Shown: positions 28,950-41,294 of the stretch, piece after piece | Numbering within the stretch: position 1 is the first letter of the stretch | Layout: every line of letters starts with the position of its first letter | Assembly: GCA_964016885.1 (NCBI GenBank) | Contig: OZ024741.1 | Location: forward strand, 251,286,001-251,350,000 | Origin: Eledone cirrhosa | Taxonomy: Eukaryota | Direction of reading: 5' to 3' | DNA length: 64,000 nucleotides | Position numbers and translations under genes: made by a program | Notes under the pieces: model-generated | The model's database searches: none | Told to the model about the DNA's origin: nothing | What the model saw: the letters and a program-made list of their open reading frames with translations, nothing else

Positions 28950-29270
28950 TAATTTACTCACCTCAAGCAAGGCAATAAAGCCACTAAAATGCAAGGGGTT
29001 ACGGAGAAAGGAAACGGACAAAACAGAGAGAACATAATTCAAAGAGAAAGCTTATGATGATTGATGCTGCTTTTGAATTTTTGCAAATTGTAAAGGTCAG
29101 GAGAGCAAGAAGCTGGAAGAGGATTCCATAGGCGAGGGAAGAAACTATCAGAATAGAATTTACAGTTACATTTAGGAACTTCTGTAAAGGGGTGAGATAT
29201 AGTTGCACATTTTGTACTCTATTAAATTTGATGAATATAGGCAACAAAGCAGAGCTAAACAACAATAGCA
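28950..29270 (-). mobile_element. Old LINE (CR1/L2-group) 3' fragment; its 3' end is also present at 28360-28432
   Basis: Minus strand reads ...RLWNPLPASCSPDLYNLQKFKSSIN. TTTACT(T/C)ACCTCAAG(T/C)AAGGCAATAAAGCCACTAAAATGCAAGGG occurs twice. Confidence 0.55.
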
Positions 29271-29779
29271 TCAACATCAAAGACAGCAATAACATCTGCC
29301 CATTCTGTCTGCTAGAGAGAACAACCTTGTTTCACTCATATCACATCCTAGCATCTTAGAAAAATAGGTCATTTTAAAATTTAGTCATGCTTTTGATCAT
29401 AAGATTTTTGGAACAAGGCTGGCCTAGGGCTAAACAACAACAACTACAACAAAACAGTAGGCCTTTACTTATTCATTGGTTAGTCAAAGATTTGATCTAG
29501 TCACAGTGAAAAACCAAACCTCTACATGTCAGTATCATTTAATTTGTAACACTAATGCCACCACCAACAACACAGACAACACCCTGATGGGTCTCTTGTT
29601 AGTATCCATGAGCATTCAGCTATTCAATCAACTGGATTACCTTACCTGCTTGATAAATTCACACTTAAGTGGCTGAGTATTCCATAAACAAAAGTATATT
29701 TAACATAATTCTTAAACAAAATGAGTGTGACACAATATATGATGGTTGTTCTTTGTATTACAAGTACAGTCCATCTAAC

Positions 29780-29965
29780 AGGCTTCCATACAGTTCTGTC
29801 TACCCAATTTCACTTACATGCTTAGGTTGACCCAAAACTAGGGTAAAAAATAAAAAAAAAACCAAACCAAACAAATAAACACTTGTCCAAGATGCTAAAC
29901 ACTGGGATTGAATCTGGAGTTTCATGATTGCAAAGTGAACTACTTAACCCCTCAGCCATGCCAGC
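29780..29965 (-). mobile_element. tRNA-derived SINE related to the 2790 copy
   Basis: The reverse complement has a GGCATGGCTGAGGGGTTAAG A-box-like start, a GATTCAATCCC B-box-like motif and CATCTTGGACAAGTGT. Confidence 0.6.
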
Positions 29966-30219
29966 ATCCTGTATTAGTGATATTAACTAGACAATTAACC
30001 AAGGCGGGGAGTTCTAGATGGTATTGCTTCATTATTTTTCAATGGTGCAGCCAGTCTCAGATTTAGAAAACATTTACGGTGATAAGTTTATTCCAAAACT
30101 CTGCCTTAGAATTATTGAGAATTAGTGTGTCCACCTAAAATGTTCGTAAGGGAATCCCTGCCACCACTTTGAGAACCAAAGCCTGGCAACTTCTACACCA
30201 CTAACTGGTTACCTGATTT

Positions 30220-31981
30220 AGTATCTGACAGGTTGAGAATTCAAATCCCTGCTAAATGTTGCACCTATTTATTACCTTCCAATCAAAAACACATACATAC
30301 CTTGAGCTCTCTCTTTATTTACCTCTTTTTCTACCTCTTTCCCTCCCTCTCTCTCACTGGTTCATGAAAATGTAGCAATACACCATTCAAACAAAAACAT
30401 ACCTAGATCCCTCCTCTATCTCTCTCTCTTTCTTACTGGTTCATAAACATGTAGCAATACAGATTTCAAACAAAAACATACCTTGATCTCTTTCTCTCAT
30501 TCACTCTTTCTCTCTCTGGTTTATATACATTTCACAATGCAAAATAAAGGATTAATGAGAAGATTCAGTTAGTTTGCAGTAAATGTGTAGGGAATGAGAA
30601 CATGCTATGTAATAGGAGAAGAATGCAGTGCTGGATTCCATTCTATCTAAAGGTAACACATGCTATAGAGTAGGTCTTCTACAAGGGGGAGGGCGAAACA
30701 GAGACAGGTGTCAATAGTTTGACACAGCATTGGGGAGAATTGACTATGTGGGAGCACTGTTTAGGAAACACTGTACAGATAGTAACAACAACTGTGACAA
30801 CAACAACATTGTCAACAACAGTGACAACCACATTGTCAACAACAACAGTGACAACATCAACGTCAACAACAGTGTCAACAACAAGTGTCAACAACAACAG
30901 TGCCAACAACAACAGTGTCAACAACAACAAAAACATTGTCAACAACAACAACATCACCAACAACAGTATCAACAACATCAGTGCTAACTACAGCAGTGTC
31001 AACAGCAACAACAATGTCAACAACAACAAATGTGTCAACAACACCAGTGTCAGCAACTACAGTGTCAACAACAGCAGTGTCAACAGCACCAGTGTCAACA
31101 ACAGCAGTGTCAACAACAGTGTCAACAACAGCAGTGTCAACAACAGCAGCGTCAGCAACAGCAGTGTCAACAACAGCAGTGCCAACAACACCAGTGTCAG
31201 CAACACCAGTGTCAACAACACCAGTGTCAGCAACACCAGTGTCAACAACAACAGTGTCAACAACACCAGTGTCAACAACAGCAGTGTCAGCAACTACAGT
31301 GTCGGCAACTACAGTGTCAACAACAACAGTGTCAACAACAGCAGTGTCAGCAACAGCAGTGTCAACAACAGCAGTGTCAACAACAACAATGTCAACTAGA
31401 TCAGTGTCGACGCGGCAGAGTCAACAACACCAGTGTCAACAACAGTGTCACCAACAACGGTCTCAACAACACCAATGTCAACAACAGCAATGTCAACAAG
31501 AGCAGTGTCTGCAACACCAGTGCCAGCAACAGCAGTGTCAACAACAACAATGTCAACTACAGCAGTGTCAACAAAAAGAGTGTCAACATCAACAACAGCA
31601 ACAACAATGTCAACAGCATCTGTGTCAACACCAACAACAATGTCAACAACAACAAAAGTGTCAACAACAACAGTGTCAATAACAACAATAACAGTAAGAC
31701 TAACAACAGCAGCAGCATAACGACGACAGCAACAATAACAACATCAACGACAGCAGTAACATCAACAACAATGACAACTACAATGATTTGTGATGCTGAG
31801 GGTGAAGTAGTTGTGTTGTCAGGATATAATGTTGAGTACTTAAACCTGGTGGAGTACATCACTGTAGAGATGTCTAAGAGAGAGAGAGAGAGAGAGACGT
31901 GGAGAATGAGGGGAGAGAGAGAGAGAGAGAAATGTCTGAGAGAGAGAGAGATGTCAGAGAAAGAGAGTGAGAGAGAGATGT

Positions 31982-32018
<37 letters not shown>

Positions 32019-32230
32019 CTGAGAGAGAGAGAGAGATGTCTGAGAGAGAGGTCTGAGAGAGTGAGAGAGATGTCTAGAGAGAGAGAGAGAGAGAGAGACG
32101 TGGAGAATGAGGGGAGAGAGAGATGACAGAGAGAGTGAGAGAGTTCAAGGTGTGTATGTGTTTTTGATTGGAAGGTAATAAATAGGTGCAGCATTTAGCA
32201 AGGATTTGAACTCTCAACCTGTCAGATACT
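30220..32230. repeat. ~94-bp inverted repeat pair (30220-30313 / 32137-32230) bracketing ~1.8 kb
   Basis: AGTATCTGACAGGTTGAGAATTCAAATCCCTGCTAAATGTTGCACCTATTTATTACCTTCCAATCAAAAACACATACATACCTTGAGCTCTCTC against the reverse complement of the right copy, with about 5 mismatches. Confidence 0.9.
30785..31780. repeat. 15-bp minisatellite GTCAACAACAGCAGT
   Basis: Read directly; explains the QQQC/STTAV/NNSSV ORFs. Confidence 0.9.
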
Positions 32231-32231
32231 G

Positions 32232-33750
32232 ACTACTACACCATTACCACACCACTACAACACAACCACTACTACACCATTACCACACCACTACAACACA
32301 ACCACTACTACATCATTACCACACCACTACAACACAACCACTATTACACCATTACCACACCACTACAACACAACCACTACTACACCATTACCACACCACT
32401 ACAACACAACCACTACTACACCACTACAACACCACTACAACACAACCACTACTACACCATTACCACACCACTACAACACAACCACTACTACACCATTACC
32501 ACACCACTACAACACAACCACTACTACACCATTACAACACCACTACAACACAACCACTACTACACCACTACAACACCACTACAACACAACCACACCATTA
32601 CCACACCACTACAACACAACAACACCATTACCACACCACTACAACACAACCACTACTACACCACTACAACACCACTACAACACAACCACTACTACACCAT
32701 TACCACACCACTACAACACAACCACTACTACACCACTACAACACAACCACTACTACACCACCACTACAACAACCACTACTACACCACTACAACACAGCCA
32801 CTACTACACCATTACCACACCACTACAACACAACCACTACTACACCATTACCACACCACTACAACACAACCACTACTACACCATTACAACACCACTACAA
32901 CACAACCACTACTACAACACCACTACAACACAACCACACCATTACCACACCACTACAACACAACCACACCATTACCACACCACTACAACACAACCACTAC
33001 TACACCACTACAACACCACTACAACACAACCACTACTACACCATTACCACACCACTACAACACAACCACTACTACACCACTACAACACAACCACTACTAC
33101 ACCACTACAACACCACTACAACACAACCACTACTACACCACTACAACACAGCCACTACTACACCACTACAACACCACTACAACACAACCACTACTACACC
33201 ATTACCACACCACTACAACACAACCACTACTACACCACTACAACACCACTACAACACAATCACTACTACACCACTACAACACAGCCACTACTACACCATT
33301 ACCACACCACTACAACACAACCACTACTACACCATTACCACACCACTACAACACAACCACTACTACACCACTACAACACCACAACCACTACTACACCACT
33401 ACAACACCACTACAACACAACCACTACTACAACACCACAACCACTACTACACCATTACCACACCACTACAACACAACCACTACTACAACACCACTACAAC
33501 ACAACCACAACTACCACCACTACTACTACAACCACAACCACCACCACCACCACCACAACACTACGACAACCACAACCACCACTACTACAACCACAACAAC
33601 CACCACTACTACAACCACAACTACCACCACTACTACTACAACCACAGCTACCACCACTACTACTCCAACCACCACCACCACCACAACACTACGACAACCA
33701 CAACCACCACAACACTACGACAACCACAACCACCACTACTACTACTACTA
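32232..33750. repeat. A/C-rich ~36-bp minisatellite (CACCATTACCACACCACTACAACACAACCACTACTA) grading into (CAC/CAA)n
   Basis: Read directly from the sequence. Confidence 0.9.
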
Positions 33751-34017
33751 CGTAACCCTTTTGTTATTAAACCACATGGAACTCCCCTGGTTTTATGATA
33801 GGAACCTGCCTAGAAATGTTCATATTTATATTAAAACCTTCCATCATTTCATTTCATACATTTATGATAAGTAATCAGCCAAACATTAGTTTATTAACAA
33901 AAAGGTTAATTATTTCATTAAACAGCTCGTTATAATTTTTTTAATTATATTCTAAATTAATTAAAACATGTAGGCTTTGAAACAATGTTTCATTAGAAAT
34001 ATCATTGCCAAAGTCTT

Positions 34018-35278
34018 AATAATTGTTTCTACTTTTGGCACAAGGCCAGCAATTATCCAGTGTATTACTGGTACTTTATTTTATCGACCCCTTAAAGATG
34101 AAAGGCAGAGTTAACCTCGGCGGGATTTGAACTCAGATCATAAAGGGACGTAACTCTATGCTGCAAAGCATGGTGTCTGACGCTCTACCGATACTGCCAA
34201 TCCACCACCAAAGGGTTAACAATTGATTCTACTTTTGGCACAAGGCCAGCAATTACTCCAGTGTATTACTGGTACTTTATTTTATTGACCCTGTAAGGAT
34301 GAAAGGCAAAGTTAACCTCGGCGGGATTTGAACTCAGAACGCAAAGGGACATAACTCTATGCTGTAAAGCATGGTGTCTGACGCTCTACCGATAAAGTGT
34401 TAATAATTGTTTCTACTTTTGGCACCAGGCTAGCAATCATCCCAGTCAGTACATTACTGGTACTTTATTTTATCAACCCCGTAAGGATGAAAGGCAAAGT
34501 TAACCTCGGTGGGATTTGAACTCAGATCATAAAGGGAGGTAACTCTATACTTCAAAGCATGGCGCCCGGCCCTCTACCGATACTGCCAACCAACTATAAA
34601 CAAGATTTTCCAGTACATGGAGGCTATGAAAAGATTCAACAACAGAAACATTTAGCTGCTTTATTGCTGGTCATATTTTTTTTTTACCTGTTTTCTTATT
34701 TTTGTTTCTTTTGCCTCCATTTTCCTCTCTTTCTCTCCCCCTCTCTCCCTCTCTCGTTTTTGTTTTTAACTATATGTCTGTCATGGCTTACTGACTCTGG
34801 ACATTCAAATTGAATAAATAAATAAACAAATAGGTATATGGTCAGAAATTATGTTAACACCAGTAGTTGACTGGTACCTTATTTTAACGATCCCAGAAAG
34901 ATGAAAGCTAAAATTCATTTCGGACTAATACTTATTAATGATTTAGACACAAAGCCAAAATATTTTAGGGAAGGTAAAGTCAATTAAATCGACCCCACTC
35001 TATTACTGGTATTTTATTTTATCAACTCATTATGGATGATAAGTAAAGTTAATCTCGGTAGGATTTGAACTCAGAACACACAGGGATGTAACAATAAGCC
35101 GCAAGCATGTTCAATGCTCTACCAATACGCCAATCCACTGTCTTTAATAATTGTTTCTACATTTGGCACAAGGCCAGCAATTACCCCAGTACATTGCTGG
35201 TACTTTATATTATCGACCCCGTAAGGATGAAAGGCAAAGTTAACCTCGGCAGGATTTGAACTCAGAATGGAAAGGGCA
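34018..35278 (-). mobile_element. Head-to-tail array of ~6 family-A SINEs
   Basis: Copies start at about 34018, 34220, 34402, 34855 (partial), 34940 and 35147, each with GGCACAAGGCCAGCAA...GATGAAAGG...GGATTTGAACTCAGA or part of it. Confidence 0.88.
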
Positions 35279-35329
35279 CTGTCTTTAATAATGCCAACAA
35301 CAGCAGTAATGGCACCTTTATGTGCTTGC

Positions 35330-35800
35330 TCTATTTGCTAGAAAGAGCAACCAAATATCTCTCAAATATCATTCAGTTGTCTTAAAAATGGGAAAGACAC
35401 ATTGGCTAATGTTGTTCTAGATACACTATGTCAGGGAAAAACAGATGCAACAGTAGTCATGGTTGCAATGAGTTGTAGTCATAGGTCAGCTCAATAGAGT
35501 CTCACCCAGAGCTAAACAACAAGAGGATAAAATGAGATCTCTTATGTGGTCTTTAATTTTGCTAGAAATAACAGCCAAATCTTCGAAATCCTTCCCATAT
35601 GATTGTAAATAATAATAAAAAGGTACTATTAAAAAACAAAGTAGTTCTAGACACACTGTCTGAATAAAAGACAGGATGGTCATAGCTGGAATGGACTTGA
35701 TCATATGTCTGTTGGATCAAGACTGGTCTGCAGCTAAACAACAAAATCAGCAAGGAAGGACACATTAGATAATGTAGTCCTAGATACACTATGTTTGAAT
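35330..35800 (+). mobile_element. Tandem copies of interspersed repeat family B (SINE-like)
   Basis: TTGCTAGAAATAACAGCCAAATC...GACACATTAGATAATGTAGTCCTAGATACAC...GGCTAAACAACAA. Related copies lie near 28200, 29310, 38620, 43170, 51720(-) and 55130(-). Confidence 0.7.
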
Positions 35801-35919
35801 GAAAGATGGAGACAACAACAATATTTTTCACACAATCCTTCTTTTCAAGAATAACACCCTCTGGAATTTATATTTTCCTAGAATTATTAATCATCCACAG
35901 AGTTACTATTTGCATAAAC

Positions 35920-36102
35920 AAAGTGTGTGTGTAGAGAGAGGGTGTGTGTGTGGAGAGAGAGAGGGAGAGAGAGAGAGTGAGTGTGTGTGTAGAGAGAGAG
36001 AGTGTGTGTGTGTGTGGAGAGAGAGAGAGAGAGTGTATGTGTGGAGAGAGAGAGTGTGTGTGTGTGTGTGTGGAGAGAGAGAGTGTGTGTATGTATGGAG
36101 AG

Positions 36103-36155
<53 letters not shown>

Positions 36156-36435
36156 AGAGAGAGAGTGTGTGTGTGTGGAGAGAGAGAGAGTGTGTGTGTG
36201 TGTGTGGAGAGAGAGAGTGTGTGTGTAGAGAGAGAGAGAGTGTAGAGTGAGAGAGAGTGTGTGTATGTGTGGAGAGAGAGAGTGTGTGTGTGTGTGGAGA
36301 GAGAGAGAGAGAGAGTGTGTGAGTGTGTGTGTGGAGAGAGAGAGTGTGTGAGTGAGAGAGAAAGAGAGAATGTGTGTGAGTGAGAGAGAAAGAGAGAGTG
36401 TGTGTGAGTGAGAGAGAGGGTGTGTGTGTGAGAGA
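35920..36435. repeat. (GT)n/(GA)n compound microsatellite
   Basis: Read directly from the sequence. Confidence 0.95.
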
Positions 36436-36459
36436 ACTACACCAGTAATAGTAACAACA

Positions 36460-37190
36460 ATAATAATAATAATAATAATAATGAAATTATTGTGTACAGT
36501 GCTCAGGTGTACTACAACTCATCAAAGGTGTATGTATAGTACATAGAATAATATACAAATGTCAGGGAAGTGAATAGTGTACGAGTCATGATATACATGT
36601 GTGGGTGTGTATGGAGGGGGAATATCAGGTGTAGTGTTGGCAAATCTCAGGAAGCATGGAGGTTCTAAAGGATGCAGTGTCTTAGCAGCTAATAACTGAT
36701 GCAGATAGTTTGTTCCATGCTTCAGCAACTCTGAGTGTGAAAAAATGTTTCCAAAAGTCGTGGGAGCTGTACTGTTTTCTGACTTTGTAGGCATGCCCAC
36801 GTGTGTTAGACACATGGAAATCATAAAAGGTACTCAGGGTTGTTGTTGGCAATAATTTTGTGGCTGTTTACCAAGTCAGTTTTGAAGAGAAGAGACGGGC
36901 TGAGGTCACTGAGGCCCGTGAAAGGAGGAGAAAGGCATCAACAGCTGCCCCAAGCGACTCCGGTCTCTTCTCCTGGCCCCACTGTCCCCGGACCTGCAAG
37001 TCAAGGATCGGCCTCCACAGTCACCTTCGTGCCCACGGCAGACGGGAACTAAAATAAAGAAGATGTCATCATCGTTTACGATGGACAACCAAGGACCAAG
37101 TCAGTTGCCAGACGTCGGAGCTTCAATGTACCCATCCCCAGGGAAGTAAGGCGTCCAGAGTATGGTAGATGCCTGATGGAGGGTATTCAA
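36460..37190 (-). mobile_element. CR1-group LINE 3' fragment with (TAT)n tail, split by an RTE insertion
   Basis: Removing the insert restores IPSIRHLPYSGRLTSLGMGTLKLRRLATDLVNSHKIIAN; further on is RGHAYKVRKQ...KHFFTLRVAEAWNKL. Confidence 0.85.
36870..37106 (+). mobile_element. 5'-truncated RTE/BovB-like 3' end with 12-bp TSD
   Basis: TSD ACCAAGTCAGTT at 36870-36881 and 37095-37106. It encodes PHCPRTCKSRIGLHSHLRAH, the C-terminal zinc-finger-like motif. Confidence 0.88.
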
Positions 37191-37247
37191 TAACAATGGA
37201 AGTAACATCTTATACATTCACAACAAACAATCAACTTTAATTTATAT

Positions 37248-37880
37248 ATACCACTACCATAACCACTACCACTTAGACTACTGCCACCACTACCACCTAG
37301 ACTACTGCCACCACTACTACCATAACCACTACCACCTAGACTACTGCCACCACCACCACTATCACCTAGACTACGGCCACCACTACATTAACCGCTACCA
37401 CCTAGACTACTGCCACCACCACCACCACTACCACCTAGACTACTGCCACCACTGCCACTACTACCTAGACTACTGCCACCACTACCACCTAGACTACAGC
37501 CACCACCACCACCACCACCACCTAGACTACTGCCACCACCACCACCTAGACTACTGCCACCACTACCACCTAGACTACTGCCACCACTACCACCTAGACT
37601 ACTGCCACCACTACCACCTAGACTACTGCCACCACCACCACCTAGACTACTGCCACCACCACCACCTAGACTACTGCCACCACTACCACCTAGACTACTG
37701 CCACCACTACCACCTAGACTACTGCCACCACCACCACTACCACCTAGACTACTGCCACCACTACCACTACCACCTAGACTACTGCCACCACTACCACTAT
37801 TGCCACCACAACCACTACCACCTAAACTACTGCCACCACTACCACCTAGACTACTGCCACAGCTACTACCTCAACCACTG
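37248..37880. repeat. ~24-bp minisatellite CTACCACCTAGACTACTGCCACCA
   Basis: Read directly from the sequence. Confidence 0.9.
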
Positions 37881-38934
37881 CCATCACAACCATCATCAAC
37901 AATAAGCCATTATTATCTCATAACATCCAGTGTTGTAGAGCACAATACGAATATGAGGATCTTTCACATCACGTCACTGGGAAAGGCATGAAGGGGATTC
38001 ATTCTAATTCTCTTTACAATAGATGAATCCCAGCCTCCACTGACCCTCAATAGACTCTCCTTTGAAATGTAACCCATGAACTATAAGGAGGGGAGACCCT
38101 ACATCAGCAGTTCTTAGTCTGGGCTCCCCAAATGCAGTCCTGGAGGTCTGTGTATTAAGATCAAGATTTCAAGTACTTTGTTAAAAACATATACACATAG
38201 GAGAGGATTCTACATTAAATATAAACATTTCTTTCTTTGATTGTTATTATCACAGCATATCAGTTTGGAAGGGGAATAATTATAGTAAAGGGTCTATGAG
38301 AAATTCATTTAACCCTTTCATTATAATGTTTCTTATGAAAGACATGTCTTATGCTTCTGAAAATAATCAAAATTTGGAAGAATCTAGTAATAAAACTAAC
38401 TTTCTCATTATAAAGCTAATGTTTAGAGCATAATTTAACAAATGTCCTTATATAAAATTATGACAGAAGGTTGTAGATAAACTTTAAAATAACTTGCATC
38501 ATAGAACCCAGGGACCAGTTTCAAGCAGGTTAGTCTCAAAAGGATTTTTGAAAATTGGTCATTGGTAATGAAAAGTTTAAGAATCTCTGCTCTACATAGT
38601 TGATTGATTTGCTGTTATTTTAAAGAAAGACACATTAGATAATGTAATTCTTGACACCCCTAAAAAGAGACCGGCTGATCATGACTAAAATGGATATATT
38701 CATTAGTTTACTCAATCAACTACAGCACTACCAACCTTACTGCAACATTCTAATCTATTACTGACCAATTTGGGGTTACAAACATCTGTGAGCGATGCAT
38801 GGACACTACACAATCTCACTTGTTCCTGTCTCATTGTGTAATGAATTAGTGATTGGTTAATTTTTATGTGTGAAAGAAGGCAGTAGAGTGACCATAGTCA
38901 TTGCAGGACCCCTCAGGCTGGTGAAATGTCATTG

Positions 38935-39250
38935 TTATTCAGCTGTGGCACATCTACACGAAAGACTAAGAAAGACATGAGCAGCAAGGAAGTTCCAGAG
39001 GGTTATTATTCTGGAGCAGGAATGACTGGGTAAAGTGTGGTTAGTGCAGAAACTAAGGGATGGGTTGGTTAGAGCATAGATAATGAGAGGAAGAGGGGTG
39101 TATGAGTTGAGTGCTTGAGTGAAGGAAGTAGTGTGAGACAAGCCAGCTCTCAAAGAGCAGAGTCAACAGTAGTGGTGGTAGAAAAGACACAGAGAAGAGA
39201 CAATCCTTCTGTGGGCCAGAACATATACGGCCTTACTTTAGATATAGTAT
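38935..39250 (-). mobile_element. Highly decayed LINE 3' fragment
   Basis: SRIITLWNFLAAHVF resembles the CR1/L2-group 'R...LWNxLP' motif. Confidence 0.35.
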
Positions 39251-41294
39251 AGGTTATCTATGAGTATGCATGTATGATCCCATGATGCCTGGGGAAGTCA
39301 TAGAGGCTCTAAATTGAAATATAGCACATCTAGGGCATTTTTTAAAACCTTGTGGAGCCCATCTCTCCAGTTCTGAATGCAGCAGGCTTCTTCCAGAGAA
39401 GGATAAAGTGAGAGAATGGAAGTGAGAAAAATATATAGAGGAAGAATCAACCCAGTACTAGACTGGTACTTTTTGTTATCAGACATGAATGGATGAAAGA
39501 GACAAAGTTGACCTCAGCAGGATTTGAACTCAGAGACCAGAGAGTCAAAACAAATACCACAAAGCATTCTATCTGACGTTCTAATGAGTCTGCCAATTCA
39601 CCGCCTATCTATGAGCATAGTAGCAGTCTAGTGATTAGGATGTTGAGCATATAAATATAAGGTAGTGGGTTCACTTCCGGGATTGGACAGCATGTTGTGA
39701 CTTTCAGCAAGACACTTCATGTTGTTCCAGTACTCCAGCAGCAGTGAGGAATCTTGTAGTATCAGTTGCTTAACACCTTTGGAATTAGGATAATCTCTGT
39801 TTTCGTGAGCCACTGGGTTTGAGACAGATTTTAACTTAACTTTAACAAGAATTTTCTGACTCTGAAGAGAAGGGTCAGCTTTTCTAATAAAACACTTGAC
39901 TTCTTCTGCCCACTACTAGTTCTAAACCACCCCTAATTTAGCCTGACACAATTGAACAGAAACTGCTAAAGGATGAACAGATAGAAAAGGGGTCAAGATT
40001 CATTTGAGAGAGCCAGCAAAATGAATATGGACACAGAGAAGAGATAGAAAGATAGTGAACTGGATACAGGGAATTGTTGAAAGGATAACCAGAGATATGT
40101 TGAAGGATGACTTGAGCGAGTTTGGTAGAGAGGGGCTTGCATAAATTGATTGGAAGGAAATGGCAAGTGTTGGAAAGGTTGCTAGAGATAGGGGGATATC
40201 AGAAGGGGAGATACTAGAAAAGGGAACACTAGAGATAGGGGAATAGCAGGAGAAAGGGTGATAATAGAAAAGGAATATACCTGAGTTAGGGTGGTAATAG
40301 AAAAGGAATATACCTGAGTTAGGGTGGTAATAGAAAAGGAATATACTTGAGTTAGGGGGATACCAGAAACAGGGGGATAATGGAAGAAAAGAGAGATGAT
40401 AGAGGTAGAATGGTAACAGGAGGAAAGAAGATAAAAGAACAAGACAGTGAAAAGTGACAATATAGAGAAAGATGAATAAAAGAGAATAGCACTAGTTGAC
40501 TCTTAGGCATCTTTAGGTGAGTCCATTCCTTTACAAACATTTGGGACAAGTTTCCAGTTTGAGGTTATCTCACCCCACTTTCATCTCATCATTCTCAGGG
40601 GCCCTGTAAAAGGTTATGAGCTATATCTGTCACTGACTAAATATCAACATCATCTTCGTTTAATGTCTTTCACTGCTATCAAGGGTTGGACAGGTCATCA
40701 GCAGACATGGTTAGTACTCAAAGTGGATGTACTGACCCTACCGTAGGGCCAAGAGCCTACATCTTGTTTATGCTCATGCACCCTGCCAAGTGTTCAAACA
40801 GGCCAGGTGCTTGCGACACACTTACATACAATCTAATGCACTACTGAGCGCATTTTATCATGAGACTAGCACTAGAGAGGTAGTTATGTCCTTGACACAG
40901 CTGAAGCGTTCTCCCCTTTGTTTGGCAGGTTTTCTACAGCTAGATGTCCTTCTTACCCCCAACCACTTTATAGAATATACTGGCTACATTTACCATGTTA
41001 ATTACCAACACTACAAGGTTGTCATGCCTTTGGCACAGCTGATGAGGCCTCTGACCCTTTGTTTCACATGGCTTTTCTTACAGCTGGTTGCCCTTCCAAA
41101 CAGTTAAAGAAAGTGAAGGAGGTGCCCATATATACCTAAGGCTTCTTAGTCTTCCTGGATTAGTGTTTATCTCTGGCTAATATAGGATAAGTCAATGAGA
41201 GAGATATATTCCTGAGGATGCGCAATTATTTCCATGTGAGAAAGGGGACTATAGCTCAACAAAACACTCATCAATTCTCTAGTTCTACTGCTTG

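Noticed and set aside
30719-32022. Gln/Cys-rich and Asn-rich ORFs
   Set aside because: A 15-bp minisatellite read in three frames.
34110-34210. tRNA genes suggested by GTTCAAATCC B-boxes
   Set aside because: No complete cloverleaf is present; these are SINE heads with shared bodies and tails.
34685-34760. Possible minus-strand donor AAACAG|GTAAAA as a Pcdh 5' exon
   Set aside because: The donor is weak and the upstream sequence is only a low-complexity GA tract.
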